DNA of 64,000 nt from a virus. The notes beneath the pieces are model-generated. The model ran no database searches. It worked only from the letters and a program-made list of their open reading frames with translations, and was not told the DNA's origin. The DNA is taken from the UHGV virus genome UHGV-1362809. One strand, 5' to 3'. Every line of letters starts with the position of its first letter. The first letter of the stretch is position 1. Positions 1 through 9,275 of the stretch are shown here, piece by piece. A program made the translations under genes and the position numbers.

Positions 1-117
1 CAGGATGATTAAAAAAGTCCTCATTAACAGATGCAAGTAAATAGCCACCAAGGTCTTTAGACTTACAAATTGTTTTGAGTGTCTTTATTTCTAAGTTCGT
101 TGAAAATAGTTTCATCT

Positions 118-747
118 TTAAATTTCTTGTACTTGGAGTTCAAACGTGTCTTCAAAGTATAATACCTTGTTAGGCATGCAATATAATTGTTCTCTACATA
201 AGTTTATAGGGTCATCCCCTGCCCCTACTATAACTCTTGGTATAGAAGAATAAATACTAAGTAAATCTCTAATCTTATCAAGACGAGTTACAGTACTATT
301 AGGATACAATGTTTCCAACACCAAAAATCCTGGAAGTGCCTCTGGTGGTCTATCCCGTAAGCTATCATTAAGGTTTGCATAAACCGAGTGCCAAACTGGC
401 GGTCTCCAAAACTTATCATACTCTAAATTTTTGTTTGTTTTTAGTTGTTTTGTAAGATATGTATCTAATAAACAAAGTGCTGCTTTTTTAGACTTTACTG
501 CATCTGTCTTCCCACTAATCACATACAAATAAGGTTTTTCGACAAGTTTAAGAGTAGCCTCAAATACCTTTACCTGAGAACTACTCCTAATTTTTTTGAC
601 CTTGTTTTCAAGTTCCATCTCAATACAGCTCAAACTATTTACCAGATCAAACTCTTCTGAAGCTAATACTGACTTCGGAACACCACATTTAAGCAAATTA
701 TAATAATTGGAATCATTGTACGTTATATTCATATTCTCACCTACCAT
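118..747 (-). CDS. hypothetical protein
   Basis: 209-aa ORF, no recognisable motif. Confidence 0.4.
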   Translation of the reverse strand: MVGENMNITYNDSNYYNLLKCGVPKSVLASEEFDLVNSLSCIEMELENKVKKIRSSSQVKVFEATLKLVEKPYLYVISGKTDAVKSKKAALCLLDTYLTKQLKTNKNLEYDKFWRPPVWHSVYANLNDSLRDRPPEALPGFLVLETLYPNSTVTRLDKIRDLLSIYSSIPRVIVGAGDDPINLCREQLYCMPNKVLYFEDTFELQVQEI

Positions 748-760
748 CGTGTATTTACAA

Positions 761-1246
761 CTACCGATAATCTACATGTTTTACGTCCAAAGCATTACCA
801 TAGTACACAGTAAAATCCCCATAGTCTATTTCTACTATGTTGTGTCCAATTTTACCATAACTATCTAGTTTAAATTCACCAAAATAACTACGGGTAGATT
901 CCAGCCCCTTTGTTAGTTCACTCTCCTCTATAGGAGGGGCATACCTAACAATATTAAATAACCCAAATAGAGAGAAATAAGTGGGACACAGACTATATTT
1001 TACTGAATCCCACTTGTACCACTTGTCAAAGCATTTACTTCCTATAACATACCTTTTATAACGCTTTCTTTCCAATATATTCATAATCATACCAGTCAAA
1101 AAACAACAAAAGGAATTAGGAACTTTTAAATTAAATCTCGGAATTTTTATACCAAAATCACAAAAAGGAACTTTGATAAAAATGCGGTATTCACCTTTAA
1201 TCATAATGATCTTCCTGTCTTTTTTCTTAACTCCTGCAATAGACAC
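761..1246 (-). CDS. hypothetical protein
   Basis: 161-aa ORF, co-directional and tightly packed with neighbours. Confidence 0.35.
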   Translation of the reverse strand: MSIAGVKKKDRKIIMIKGEYRIFIKVPFCDFGIKIPRFNLKVPNSFCCFLTGMIMNILERKRYKRYVIGSKCFDKWYKWDSVKYSLCPTYFSLFGLFNIVRYAPPIEESELTKGLESTRSYFGEFKLDSYGKIGHNIVEIDYGDFTVYYGNALDVKHVDYR

Positions 1247-1437
1247 AAGGTAGTTTGATAATTGTGCTCGGCACAGGCGTATTCTCCGGACAAACCATCA
1301 TCACCAATGGAACCCTTTTTTACACCAGCTTCTTTTAAAGCATTTAACTCACTTCTAGTAGCCTCAGCATAACCCTGATAGTATGCCATTAGAACATCGT
1401 CATTATCTCTATTACGACAAGTAAAACAATCACACAT
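1201..1437 (-). CDS. small Cys-containing hypothetical protein
   Basis: 78-aa ORF with CDCFTC motif, overlaps upstream ORF end. Confidence 0.25.
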   Translation of the reverse strand: MCDCFTCRNRDNDDVLMAYYQGYAEATRSELNALKEAGVKKGSIGDDGLSGEYACAEHNYQTTLCLLQELRKKTGRSL

Positions 1438-1438
1438 G

Positions 1439-2235
1439 CTATTCCTCTTTAATTCTCTTTTTAGCTATTTTATAGTAGTCTTCCTCTAACTCAATACCTA
1501 TAAACTTACGGTTTAAATGTTTGCAGGCAACACCAGTAGTGCCAGAACCCATTGTAAAATCTAATACGGTATCTCCCTTTTTGGTATATGTTTGTATAAG
1601 ATATTCTATAAGAGCAACAGGTTTTTGTGTGGGATGTACGTATTTTTTGGCACAATCAAAATAAAGAATATTATTTGGATACCCAGTAAATTTTTGTATA
1701 TATGTAGTATTATCCTGCAGCAAACTATTGTTCTTACCAGTATTATTGGAGTCTTTCATTACTAAACCATGTCTTTTAGCCGTATTCTTACAAACTTTAT
1801 TAACAGGAATAAGATTTTGAGGTTTATAGTACATACAGTTCTGTTTTCCTCCAGAACTCGCATTAGCCCTGCTAAAAACCATAATATCCTCATACTTATT
1901 CATTGGTCTATAGTTAGCATTAGCAAACCCAACGGTCTTATTTTTTACCCACTTATAGTCATATAGTCGGATAAATTAGAAAGTCTTACGTGAGAACTAA
2001 ATGGTTCATTGCCAAATAGTATTATTCCTCCATTAAATTTACATAAGCCATACAACTTTTTCCACATTAAAGGAATCGGTATTACTTTATCCCATTTAGC
2101 TCTTGTTTTATACCCACCATAGGGAGGGTCTGTTATTATAGCGTCTACTTTGACACCTTGTTTTATAAGCTTAGACATAACTTTTAAACAGTCGCCATTA
2201 TATAGTAGAGCTTTTCCTATTTTACAGTGTTTCAA
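1439..2235 (-). CDS. beta-class N6-adenine/N4-cytosine DNA methyltransferase, interrupted by a frameshift (ORFs 1945..2235 and 1439..1903)
   Basis: Upstream ORF carries motif IV ITDPPYGG. Downstream ORF carries motif I DFTMGSGTTGVA. Order IV then I is the beta class. TAA stop at 1945-1947, then a frame change across a T6 run; the 1439..1903 frame stays open upstream to 1975. Confidence 0.6.
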
Positions 2236-3152
2236 AATATTGCCTTTGGTTTTAGAATTTTGTGTTTAGATGTACTATATTCGGGATAATACTGAATACC
2301 ATACTTTTTGATGAATAGACCGTTTGGAGTTTTACCGCTAGCATACTTAGATTTACCTCTTAATTCCGGACCAATAAATATATAATTCGGAGCCTTTATA
2401 TATTTTTTGATTAGCTTGCACCAGTCGTGAAAATCTAAATAATTTGTTTCAAAATCGTCATCCCTTTCCTCAGGTGTTCCAGGCCACCGTTCAGTATTAA
2501 GACCAAAAGGAGGACAAACTACTACGATTTTGTCAGTCTTAATTTTACCACTCAATAAATCACGCTGAGTCCAACCATAATATTTACACAAATTAGGATT
2601 TATATCATAAGCTTCTATTTTAGGAGTTAATCTACGTTTTTTAAACCACGCTTCTGCTCCTCTGATAATACCTCCAAACCCTGCCATGGGACAAAACACA
2701 CCAACAGAAATATCAATACCAGATTCCTCTATGATGGAAGTAAACTTGTTAGGCATTAAGGCAGTCACTTTTGGACATATTTTGGCTATAGTAAATCTTA
2801 ACTGTACCTCTCTCATAGTACCTAAATCACTTTTAAAAGAATTTTTGATACGGTCAACAAAATCGTCATACTGCTCTAATTTTATAGACTTTTTTGTAAT
2901 CCAAAATAAATTATCAATAGCCTTTTTCAACAGTGTCTCGTCTTTCCAACCCTCACGAGGACTCTTTTTACCCGCTACATAACAATCCCAAATAGGATTA
3001 TCTGGACCCCACTTTTCAGTTCCAGGCAAAGGATTCTTTTTACAAAGTTTAAGAATTTCACCTTTTGTACGCTTAAATAGTTTTTCCTCACACCACTCTT
3101 TTTTAGGAGTGATAGTATACGGTTTAGTATACTGGGATAATGTGCTTCTCAT
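2232..3152 (-). CDS. putative SAM-dependent amino-methyltransferase (FxGxG ... CPPF motifs)
   Basis: CPMAGFGG (motif I-like) followed about 58 aa later by VVCPPFG (xPPF motif IV-like), gamma-class spacing; Cys in place of D/N/S is unusual. Confidence 0.3.
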   Translation of the reverse strand: MRSTLSQYTKPYTITPKKEWCEEKLFKRTKGEILKLCKKNPLPGTEKWGPDNPIWDCYVAGKKSPREGWKDETLLKKAIDNLFWITKKSIKLEQYDDFVDRIKNSFKSDLGTMREVQLRFTIAKICPKVTALMPNKFTSIIEESGIDISVGVFCPMAGFGGIIRGAEAWFKKRRLTPKIEAYDINPNLCKYYGWTQRDLLSGKIKTDKIVVVCPPFGLNTERWPGTPEERDDDFETNYLDFHDWCKLIKKYIKAPNYIFIGPELRGKSKYASGKTPNGLFIKKYGIQYYPEYSTSKHKILKPKAIF

Positions 3153-3340
3153 CTCTCAACCGTGTCTGCTAAGTACTTTATTAAACTACGAGCTTTATCT
3201 CCAACTACTACATACTCATCAGGTCGGCAGTCAGATATTTTATACTTTAGTTCATGTTCCCCATCAAAGTTACGTCTATCTGCATAAAAAGCTAACGTTT
3301 TTAGAATTTTACTATATTGTTCATCTGATAAACTAACCAT
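3149..3340 (-). CDS. small hypothetical protein
   Basis: 63-aa ORF, start overlaps upstream stop. Confidence 0.3.
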   Translation of the reverse strand: MVSLSDEQYSKILKTLAFYADRRNFDGEHELKYKISDCRPDEYVVVGDKARSLIKYLADTVER

Positions 3341-3378
3341 ATTATATTCCCTTTCATGTAGTTATTTACACGTTTGGA

Positions 3379-3588
3379 TTATTTAGCAATCAACAAGGTA
3401 TCTTTTATTATACCGTCGCTACATATAAATACTACCTTGGATATTTTATCCTGACAGTCTAATACTTGAACGTACATTTCTACTTTGCATTTGACATTAT
3501 AAAAGATTAACTGCATACATCTATCTAAAATATCGTGTATCTTTGATTCAGGAAATTCTTTCCCCTTTACTCTAAAAACAAATTGCAT
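3379..3588 (-). CDS. small hypothetical protein
   Basis: 69-aa ORF. Confidence 0.3.
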   Translation of the reverse strand: MQFVFRVKGKEFPESKIHDILDRCMQLIFYNVKCKVEMYVQVLDCQDKISKVVFICSDGIIKDTLLIAK

Positions 3589-3592
3589 GGAA

Positions 3593-4837
3593 TTATTCCT
3601 TTATACTCAACATACCTTTAGAAAACCTTTTGGCTTTACCGTACCTATCTAACCAATCCTCTACTTGATCTAAGTTCCAAAACTCAATATGTCTCAGACC
3701 ATTTTGTTTAGCAGTTTTTCTCTTTTTAGGATCTCTAATCGTCCAAGTGCGTATAGCCTCCTTATAATAAGGAGCTTTAACACTACGTTTTTCCCAATCC
3801 TTTAACAACTCTTTATGAGATTTTCTTCGTCTATTATAGGCTTTACCTCCGTGAGTCCAACTACCATTGTACTCTATGTACAAGTCAAACTTTGGTAAAT
3901 AGAAATCACAATCAAAAGGATATAACTCCGAATGATATTGTCTCAGCACACTACGTCTACCAAAGGACTTACATAATAATTTATACATATCTTCTTCTGG
4001 TTGGGAAGTGTTAAAAGAATTATTTGCTCTCTTAGAGGCATTAATCTTTTCATTCGTTTGGTCTAATTTGTCATATATTTTATGAATAAAATCCTTTGTT
4101 TTAGAGTAACTGTCAACACCATATTTATCTAGGCAAGTAGCCTTAGCTTTTTCCCTTATTTGCTCCGCATTATCACGCATAAGCTTACGTTTTTGGTCTG
4201 TTTTAGAAAAACTATCAGTACCAAACTTTTGTAAACAAGTACTTCTTCTTTTAGCTAACCAAGTATCTTTTGTAGCTGTTTGTTGTATCTTATACTGCTG
4301 AGTTTGAGTATAAAAGTCTGTGCCGTAGTGTTCCCTACAAGTTTGTTTGGATTTCTCCACAAACTTTTGTTTATTACATTGCATAAACCTCTTATGCTGT
4401 TTAGTTTTTGCGTAATTATCCACACCGTATTTATCTAAACAAGTCTGCTTAGCTTTAACTTTATATTGGTTGGACTGAGAAAAACTATATGTGCCATATT
4501 TCTCTAAGCAAGTATTATGATAATTTTGCTGTTTAAGTTCACTTTTATCCGCACAGGCACGACAACAATATAAATGATACCTACTGCCATCATAAGGTAC
4601 GGACTTTCCACAAGTTTTACAAAAGAATATATCCTCTGCAAAATCCTTTACGCCATGGCGATACCAATACCCTAATTCCTTATTAGTAAATAGTCCAGGA
4701 AATTTAGCCTCAAAATCTAAATATATAGGAAAACGAGTATATATACAGGAGAGATTTGGATATTTTTTGATTAGATAAGAGATATACTTTTTAATCCCCT
4801 TAAAATGTTTTTCTAACTTATGTCTAGACCAATTCAT
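3593..4837 (-). CDS. homing endonuclease-like protein, Vsr/DUF559-like PD-(D/E)xK C-terminal domain, Cys-rich Zn finger, tandem KYGxDN(Y/F)xKT repeats
   Basis: C-terminal FDLYIEYNGSWTHGG ... LRHIEFWNLDQV resembles the Vsr/DUF559 IEvDGxxH ... RFwnxeV signature. Four KYGVDNYAKTKQ-like repeats. CKTCG..CCRAC zinc finger. Paralogous to 10928..12118, 12105..12875 and 6248..7291. Confidence 0.55.
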   Translation of the reverse strand: MNWSRHKLEKHFKGIKKYISYLIKKYPNLSCIYTRFPIYLDFEAKFPGLFTNKELGYWYRHGVKDFAEDIFFCKTCGKSVPYDGSRYHLYCCRACADKSELKQQNYHNTCLEKYGTYSFSQSNQYKVKAKQTCLDKYGVDNYAKTKQHKRFMQCNKQKFVEKSKQTCREHYGTDFYTQTQQYKIQQTATKDTWLAKRRSTCLQKFGTDSFSKTDQKRKLMRDNAEQIREKAKATCLDKYGVDSYSKTKDFIHKIYDKLDQTNEKINASKRANNSFNTSQPEEDMYKLLCKSFGRRSVLRQYHSELYPFDCDFYLPKFDLYIEYNGSWTHGGKAYNRRRKSHKELLKDWEKRSVKAPYYKEAIRTWTIRDPKKRKTAKQNGLRHIEFWNLDQVEDWLDRYGKAKRFSKGMLSIKE

Positions 4838-4856
4838 ACCAAACCTCTCCTAAATA

Positions 4857-6254
4857 CTAAGATAAATCTTTATAGGAGTTCCACCAAGTACCCTTTTGTT
4901 TGTCGTATTCATTATTGTATTTTGCATACTGCTCGTATCTCTGCTTACGATCCAAAGGTTTGTAAGCGTTCTTACGAGCTTGTGCAATAATATCCCATAC
5001 TCGCCTACAAGTAGCGGACGCCATTTTATAACGAGGTGATTCCCCATTTTTACCACGTCTTAATCCTGGAAATAACTCATACGTCATCAAGGACCTTAAA
5101 CAACCAAGCGACTGGGAAAGACCGTCTATGAACACTCTTATCACAGGCTGTCTTTTACCTGCATAAGGGGTACAAACACGGTTTGCCAACTGATAGAAAA
5201 ACGGACTTCCTACGGGTTGGGGGTTTGCCGACATCGGTGTTTGGATATAAATACAACTTGGTGCTCGGATATCTATACCTTCCTTGACCATACTGCGTAC
5301 CGCTACAATTACACGATGAATCCCTTGGTCTGCTTTATCAAGAATATCTTTACGATTACATCCCGAATAAAACCCTGCTACGAAGTTTCTCCAATCAATG
5401 GACTCACCATTTAAGAGTGTACCTTTACGAGCCAACTTTTTAGCTTTTTTCCTAATCATTTCAACCAGTAGATTCATGTGTTTTTTATGGTCGGTAGGAA
5501 TCAAAATACACTTATGTCCTGCATTTATATCTCTAAATACCTGATTAACAATTAGTTTGTTGCGCTCTGCACTGGAATATAACCATTTCATAGCATATAC
5601 CCAGTTTCCAGGACCACTTCCCTTGTACTTAGTTGTACACACCCCTGTTTCTGTAATATCCACAATAGGAACCATACCTATTGCACTTGATTTAGCCACA
5701 ATGGGACCTACAATTTCCTTAATAAGACAATCTCTGCCATCTTTTCTTAAAGGAGTCGCTGATAGTCCCAAACGATATTTCATCACCAACTTATTGACAA
5801 ACTTAGCAAATGAAACTGCAGCTGCTCCGTGGACTTCATCTAAAATTAGAAAAGAGTATCTACCATTTATATATTTTTTGATACGTTTGTCGCCACTCTC
5901 TCTAATAAATTTTTGGTATGTAACAAGGGCTACCTGTAGATTCTTCATCTCCTTAACGTCCTTTACTACCTTGACAATCGGATGACCAAGTTTTTTCTCA
6001 ATTTTTGGAACATTAGTCATCGACATAAAGGTCTTGTAAAAGTTGTTAAGAAACTCTTCCTGTTTTGCAATTACAATGGTCTTTACCCCAATTTTGCAAC
6101 AACAAAAAACAGACATCACTGTATTATGAGAAATTAATCCATTAGCATAATAGTCGTGATACTTAGGGACGGTTAGATCAAAAACAGGAGACAAGAAATC
6201 ATTAAAAATAATACTGCTAACCTTAGATTCTGTTTTATTTAGTTTGACTAACAT
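4857..6254 (-). CDS. SF2 DExH helicase, C-terminal fragment: 44-aa C-intein (6123..6254) plus C-extein starting TVMSVFCCCKIG
   Basis: N-terminus ...PVFDLTVPKYHDYYANGLISHN|T matches intein blocks F and G (terminal HN, +1 Thr). Extein carries helicase motifs Ia, II (ILDEVH), III (LSATP) and QxxxR. Confidence 0.7.
   Translation of the reverse strand: MLVKLNKTESKVSSIIFNDFLSPVFDLTVPKYHDYYANGLISHNTVMSVFCCCKIGVKTIVIAKQEEFLNNFYKTFMSMTNVPKIEKKLGHPIVKVVKDVKEMKNLQVALVTYQKFIRESGDKRIKKYINGRYSFLILDEVHGAAAVSFAKFVNKLVMKYRLGLSATPLRKDGRDCLIKEIVGPIVAKSSAIGMVPIVDITETGVCTTKYKGSGPGNWVYAMKWLYSSAERNKLIVNQVFRDINAGHKCILIPTDHKKHMNLLVEMIRKKAKKLARKGTLLNGESIDWRNFVAGFYSGCNRKDILDKADQGIHRVIVAVRSMVKEGIDIRAPSCIYIQTPMSANPQPVGSPFFYQLANRVCTPYAGKRQPVIRVFIDGLSQSLGCLRSLMTYELFPGLRRGKNGESPRYKMASATCRRVWDIIAQARKNAYKPLDRKQRYEQYAKYNNEYDKQKGTWWNSYKDLS
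6123..6254 (-). mobile_element. C-terminal half of split intein (C-intein)
   Basis: Blocks F/G VFDLTVPKYHDYYANGLISHN, followed by Thr+1 that restores GKT. Confidence 0.65.
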
Positions 6255-7291
6255 TTTCTTTCCCTTAATTTATTTATAGCCTTTACTATACTATTTACAC
6301 AATGGGGTCTGTTATAGTTCCAATCATATTCCCATATATAAAATACATTATAACCCAATTTTTTTAGCTGCTGTTCTCGTAGCTTGGTATTTTTATTAAG
6401 CATATAGGCAGTTTTAGTAGAAGTAAAACAACATCTTTTTCTAGGACTAAAAAGTTTCAAGTTTCCATGAAAATGGTCGCCATAAAATTCTAATACAATA
6501 CCATACTTTTTATTAAATCCATCTACAAACAAATTATCTATTTGATATTCAGGAATAAACTTAAGCCTTGTCTTTTTGGATATTAAATTAATAAAATCTA
6601 AACCCATAAAGGAGGCTTTTCCTACTCTATCACACACCACGCACTTTTGAATATCTTTATGTATAAAGTACTGCTGTATAACATATTTATCTGTACCGCA
6701 CCTTTTACATTTTAAATGTACTTTGTCTAAAAATCCTGTATACTCTTTTCCAAATACCTTAAAATTGGCATTTCTTTCTATTGCCTCCTTGAAAGCCTTT
6801 TTATTTAGTAGCACAACTGCTTTATTCCTTTGCACAGCTGCGTTACGCTTGTTGCATATACATCCATAAGTAAGGTGTTTATACCAAGAAGTAATTTTCC
6901 AACATTTACATTTTTTACAGTACACAGCTATAGGGGCATCTATACCAACATAATCCGATATATGCGAGTAATCATACCTACTACCATGTTTTTGTCTAGC
7001 CTTCTTTAATAAATCCTTAAGATTATTTTTTATATAAGCATGCGCTGGACTATTGTCCCTTCTACACAAGGGACACACAAACAGACCATTTCTATCGCCT
7101 TCTAATAAATGACAAGGAAGTACTCTATAGTCTACATTATGTACTGTACAAGTAACAATTACAGGAGTAAATTCGTCTACATACTCAACCTTATCAAATG
7201 ATAATTTTCGTCTATAAAGACTTTTACATTTCTTTATTAAAAGGGCAGTATTCATTTTATTCCAACAGGATTTCCAAGCAAGGTAAAACAC
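6248..7291 (-). mobile_element. free-standing Vsr/DUF559-like homing endonuclease gene lying between the two halves of the split-intein helicase
   Basis: C-terminal domain IVLEFYGDHFHGN ... LGYNVFYIWEYDW matches the Vsr/DUF559 IEvDGxxH ... GwxVlRf signature. N-terminal Cys clusters (CPLCRRD, CKKCKCW, CKRCG). In a different frame from both flanking helicase ORFs, overlapping them by 40 and 7 nt. Confidence 0.6.
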
Positions 7292-8274
7292 TTTTGTAAA
7301 ATGGGTTCTAATTCTTTATTAGCTATACTAACACTATCCTTATCTAGAAATAGTATTTTGTACACACCCATAACTACCGATAAATCATAAAAATTATCTG
7401 GAAGTATATAGTGTGAATTATGTTCTAACTCATCAGCTATTTTACTGCATACATCAAAGTTAGCTACTGGAATTTCTGGTATAGACTGGGTTGATAAACA
7501 CAAGGAATCATTAGTTGTTATGTCTTTTAACTGCTTCCATTCTCCATTGTTTACCCACATTCTGTGCTCTGGTGTACCTTCTACTGTAAAACCATCTTCT
7601 GTGACAATCTTAACAGTTTTAGATTTAGACCTGAACAAATGAGATACTTTATTAACACCTTCCTTACCAAATACCTGTATATTATCTACAGGTACAGTAA
7701 TATCTTCTGGTATATTTCCTACTACGTCACCAATTTTACGAATTTTATTATTAGCAACAATAAGAGTATCGTAAACCTGACACTTCCCGCTACGGGGCTG
7801 AGCATTAATCAAACCAAATTTATACTTTAAATAATCCTTAGTAATAGTCACTTGGTCTGCAGTGGGAAACCCATTTACCTTTTCACCATGTCTTAAAGTA
7901 CCAGTAAACTTGATTGGATAATCAAACTTATTCTCTGGTCTAACGTCCTTTACTTTGGATAGGTCAATACCAAACAACCTTTTGATTTTAAAGGCATTTC
8001 CAACAGGAACATATACATATTGTACGCCTTTGACCTTTTTTACACCCCAAGTTCTTAGTTTGGTAATAAATCCCTCACAACCTTGGGCACAAACAGAACA
8101 AGGTCTATCGTGGAAATATTCACATTTAGAACATATTGCGTCATCAAACTGCAACACTTCATAGTTTTGCTTTAAGACATTAGGGTCAACGTCTTTTTTT
8201 GGTATGTACAACTTATCTTTAATAACGGGAACTGGTTTCATTTTTGAATCACATATTATCAATAGGACGGTCAA
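7252..8274 (-). CDS. SF2 helicase, N-terminal fragment: N-extein (7783..8274, Zn-finger domain plus Walker A ...AQPRSGK) fused to 176-aa N-intein (7255..7782)
   Basis: GLINAQPRSGK|CQVYDTLIVANNK: intein block A begins at the Cys right after GK of the P-loop. Block B GTPEHRMWV present. Joining to the C-extein gives AQPRSGKTVMSVF, a canonical helicase motif I. Confidence 0.65.
   Translation of the reverse strand: MTVLLIICDSKMKPVPVIKDKLYIPKKDVDPNVLKQNYEVLQFDDAICSKCEYFHDRPCSVCAQGCEGFITKLRTWGVKKVKGVQYVYVPVGNAFKIKRLFGIDLSKVKDVRPENKFDYPIKFTGTLRHGEKVNGFPTADQVTITKDYLKYKFGLINAQPRSGKCQVYDTLIVANNKIRKIGDVVGNIPEDITVPVDNIQVFGKEGVNKVSHLFRSKSKTVKIVTEDGFTVEGTPEHRMWVNNGEWKQLKDITTNDSLCLSTQSIPEIPVANFDVCSKIADELEHNSHYILPDNFYDLSVVMGVYKILFLDKDSVSIANKELEPILQKCFTLLGNPVGIK
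7255..7782 (-). mobile_element. N-terminal half of split intein (N-intein)
   Basis: Block A CQVYDTLIV, block B TPEHRMW; ends at a stop codon with no block F/G, which are found instead at the start of ORF 4857..6254. Confidence 0.6.
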
Positions 8275-8494
8275 CAGGATTATTCATACCTGCACCAGAT
8301 GGTTTTTCTAAGTCGGAACCTTCAATGTCAGAGGTATCCTTAGTAGGATCAACTTCGCCTTGTTTAATTTGTTTTTCCCTTATTTTTTCAGCATCGGTTT
8401 GTCCGATATCTGAATCTAAGGGGTTGTAGGAAACATTATTTGGTAAAATAACGTCTCCGACTACTTCTAAATCATATTTAGATTTATCAATCAT
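8249..8494 (-). CDS. hypothetical acidic small protein
   Basis: 81-aa ORF. Confidence 0.3.
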   Translation of the reverse strand: MIDKSKYDLEVVGDVILPNNVSYNPLDSDIGQTDAEKIREKQIKQGEVDPTKDTSDIEGSDLEKPSGAGMNNPVDRPIDNM

Positions 8495-8889
8495 TTTCCT
8501 TCTCCTTTAAAACGAGCATTACCTACATGAGACCACCCGTTGTCGCACTCCCGCCACAAAGGAATAGATATTCTTAAGTCTTCATTAACTACCCAAAAAC
8601 CTCCCTCTGTAAACCGTACTACTCCAACAAAACCGTCGTACTCATCAGGCATTTCTGTGTACTTTAATTCTAAAATATCATTCTCATACCAACAGGTGTT
8701 TTCATCCAGTTGTAGACCATATTCTACTTCAAGATTTTGTTTGTATGAATCTGATATTCTACACATGTAGGGCATTAGTATTTCATCAGTATCCCTACCA
8801 AAGTCTAAACCACCACTCTGAGTAATACCAAATTCCTCAATGCAGTATCTCTTTTCTTTTTTATTCCAAACTCTATATACAATTTTCAT
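8491..8889 (-). CDS. hypothetical protein
   Basis: 132-aa ORF, stop/start overlap with neighbours. Confidence 0.4.
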   Translation of the reverse strand: MKIVYRVWNKKEKRYCIEEFGITQSGGLDFGRDTDEILMPYMCRISDSYKQNLEVEYGLQLDENTCWYENDILELKYTEMPDEYDGFVGVVRFTEGGFWVVNEDLRISIPLWRECDNGWSHVGNARFKGEGK

Positions 8890-9275
8890 TTGTCAATACT
8901 TATAAAATGCTGATTATTATTTACTACAATAAGACTAGATTGTGTGGGTTCAGTAAAACAAGTAAATCGCTCATTAGACATACAGGAATATACATTTTCG
9001 TACTCTTGATACCTTTTGTATATTGCCAAATAGTTAGATTTACAATCTATGTGATATGATTTTGGTACTTCAAACAAATTGCCAATAAATATATCACTCA
9101 TAGATATATCATATAACCTTCCTATAGGAAGGTCAGCAAACTTTTCAAATATTATGTCTACCCCTTGTATAGGAAGTTTGTCTAATAATAAAAAACAATT
9201 TAGACCATAGGTCTGTAAGCTAACAAACCTATGGGTTATTAAACCGTCTATTTTGAATAGATCTATATTCATCAC
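8886..9275 (-). CDS. hypothetical protein
   Basis: 129-aa ORF, stop/start overlap with neighbours. Confidence 0.4.
   Translation of the reverse strand: MMNIDLFKIDGLITHRFVSLQTYGLNCFLLLDKLPIQGVDIIFEKFADLPIGRLYDISMSDIFIGNLFEVPKSYHIDCKSNYLAIYKRYQEYENVYSCMSNERFTCFTEPTQSSLIVVNNNQHFISIDK

Noticed and set aside
1945-1947. Split methyltransferases as evidence of stop-codon reassignment (TAG or TGA recoding)
   Set aside because: Both interrupting stops are TAA and the two halves are in different frames. Other long genes, such as the polymerase, read through in the standard code.
7252-8274. LEHNS in the middle of the N-intein considered as a mini-intein C-terminus
   Set aside because: Block F/G order would be reversed. 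The genuine block F/G (FDLTV...GLISHN|T) is at the start of ORF 4857..6254 and restores the GKT P-loop, so the split-intein reading is preferred.
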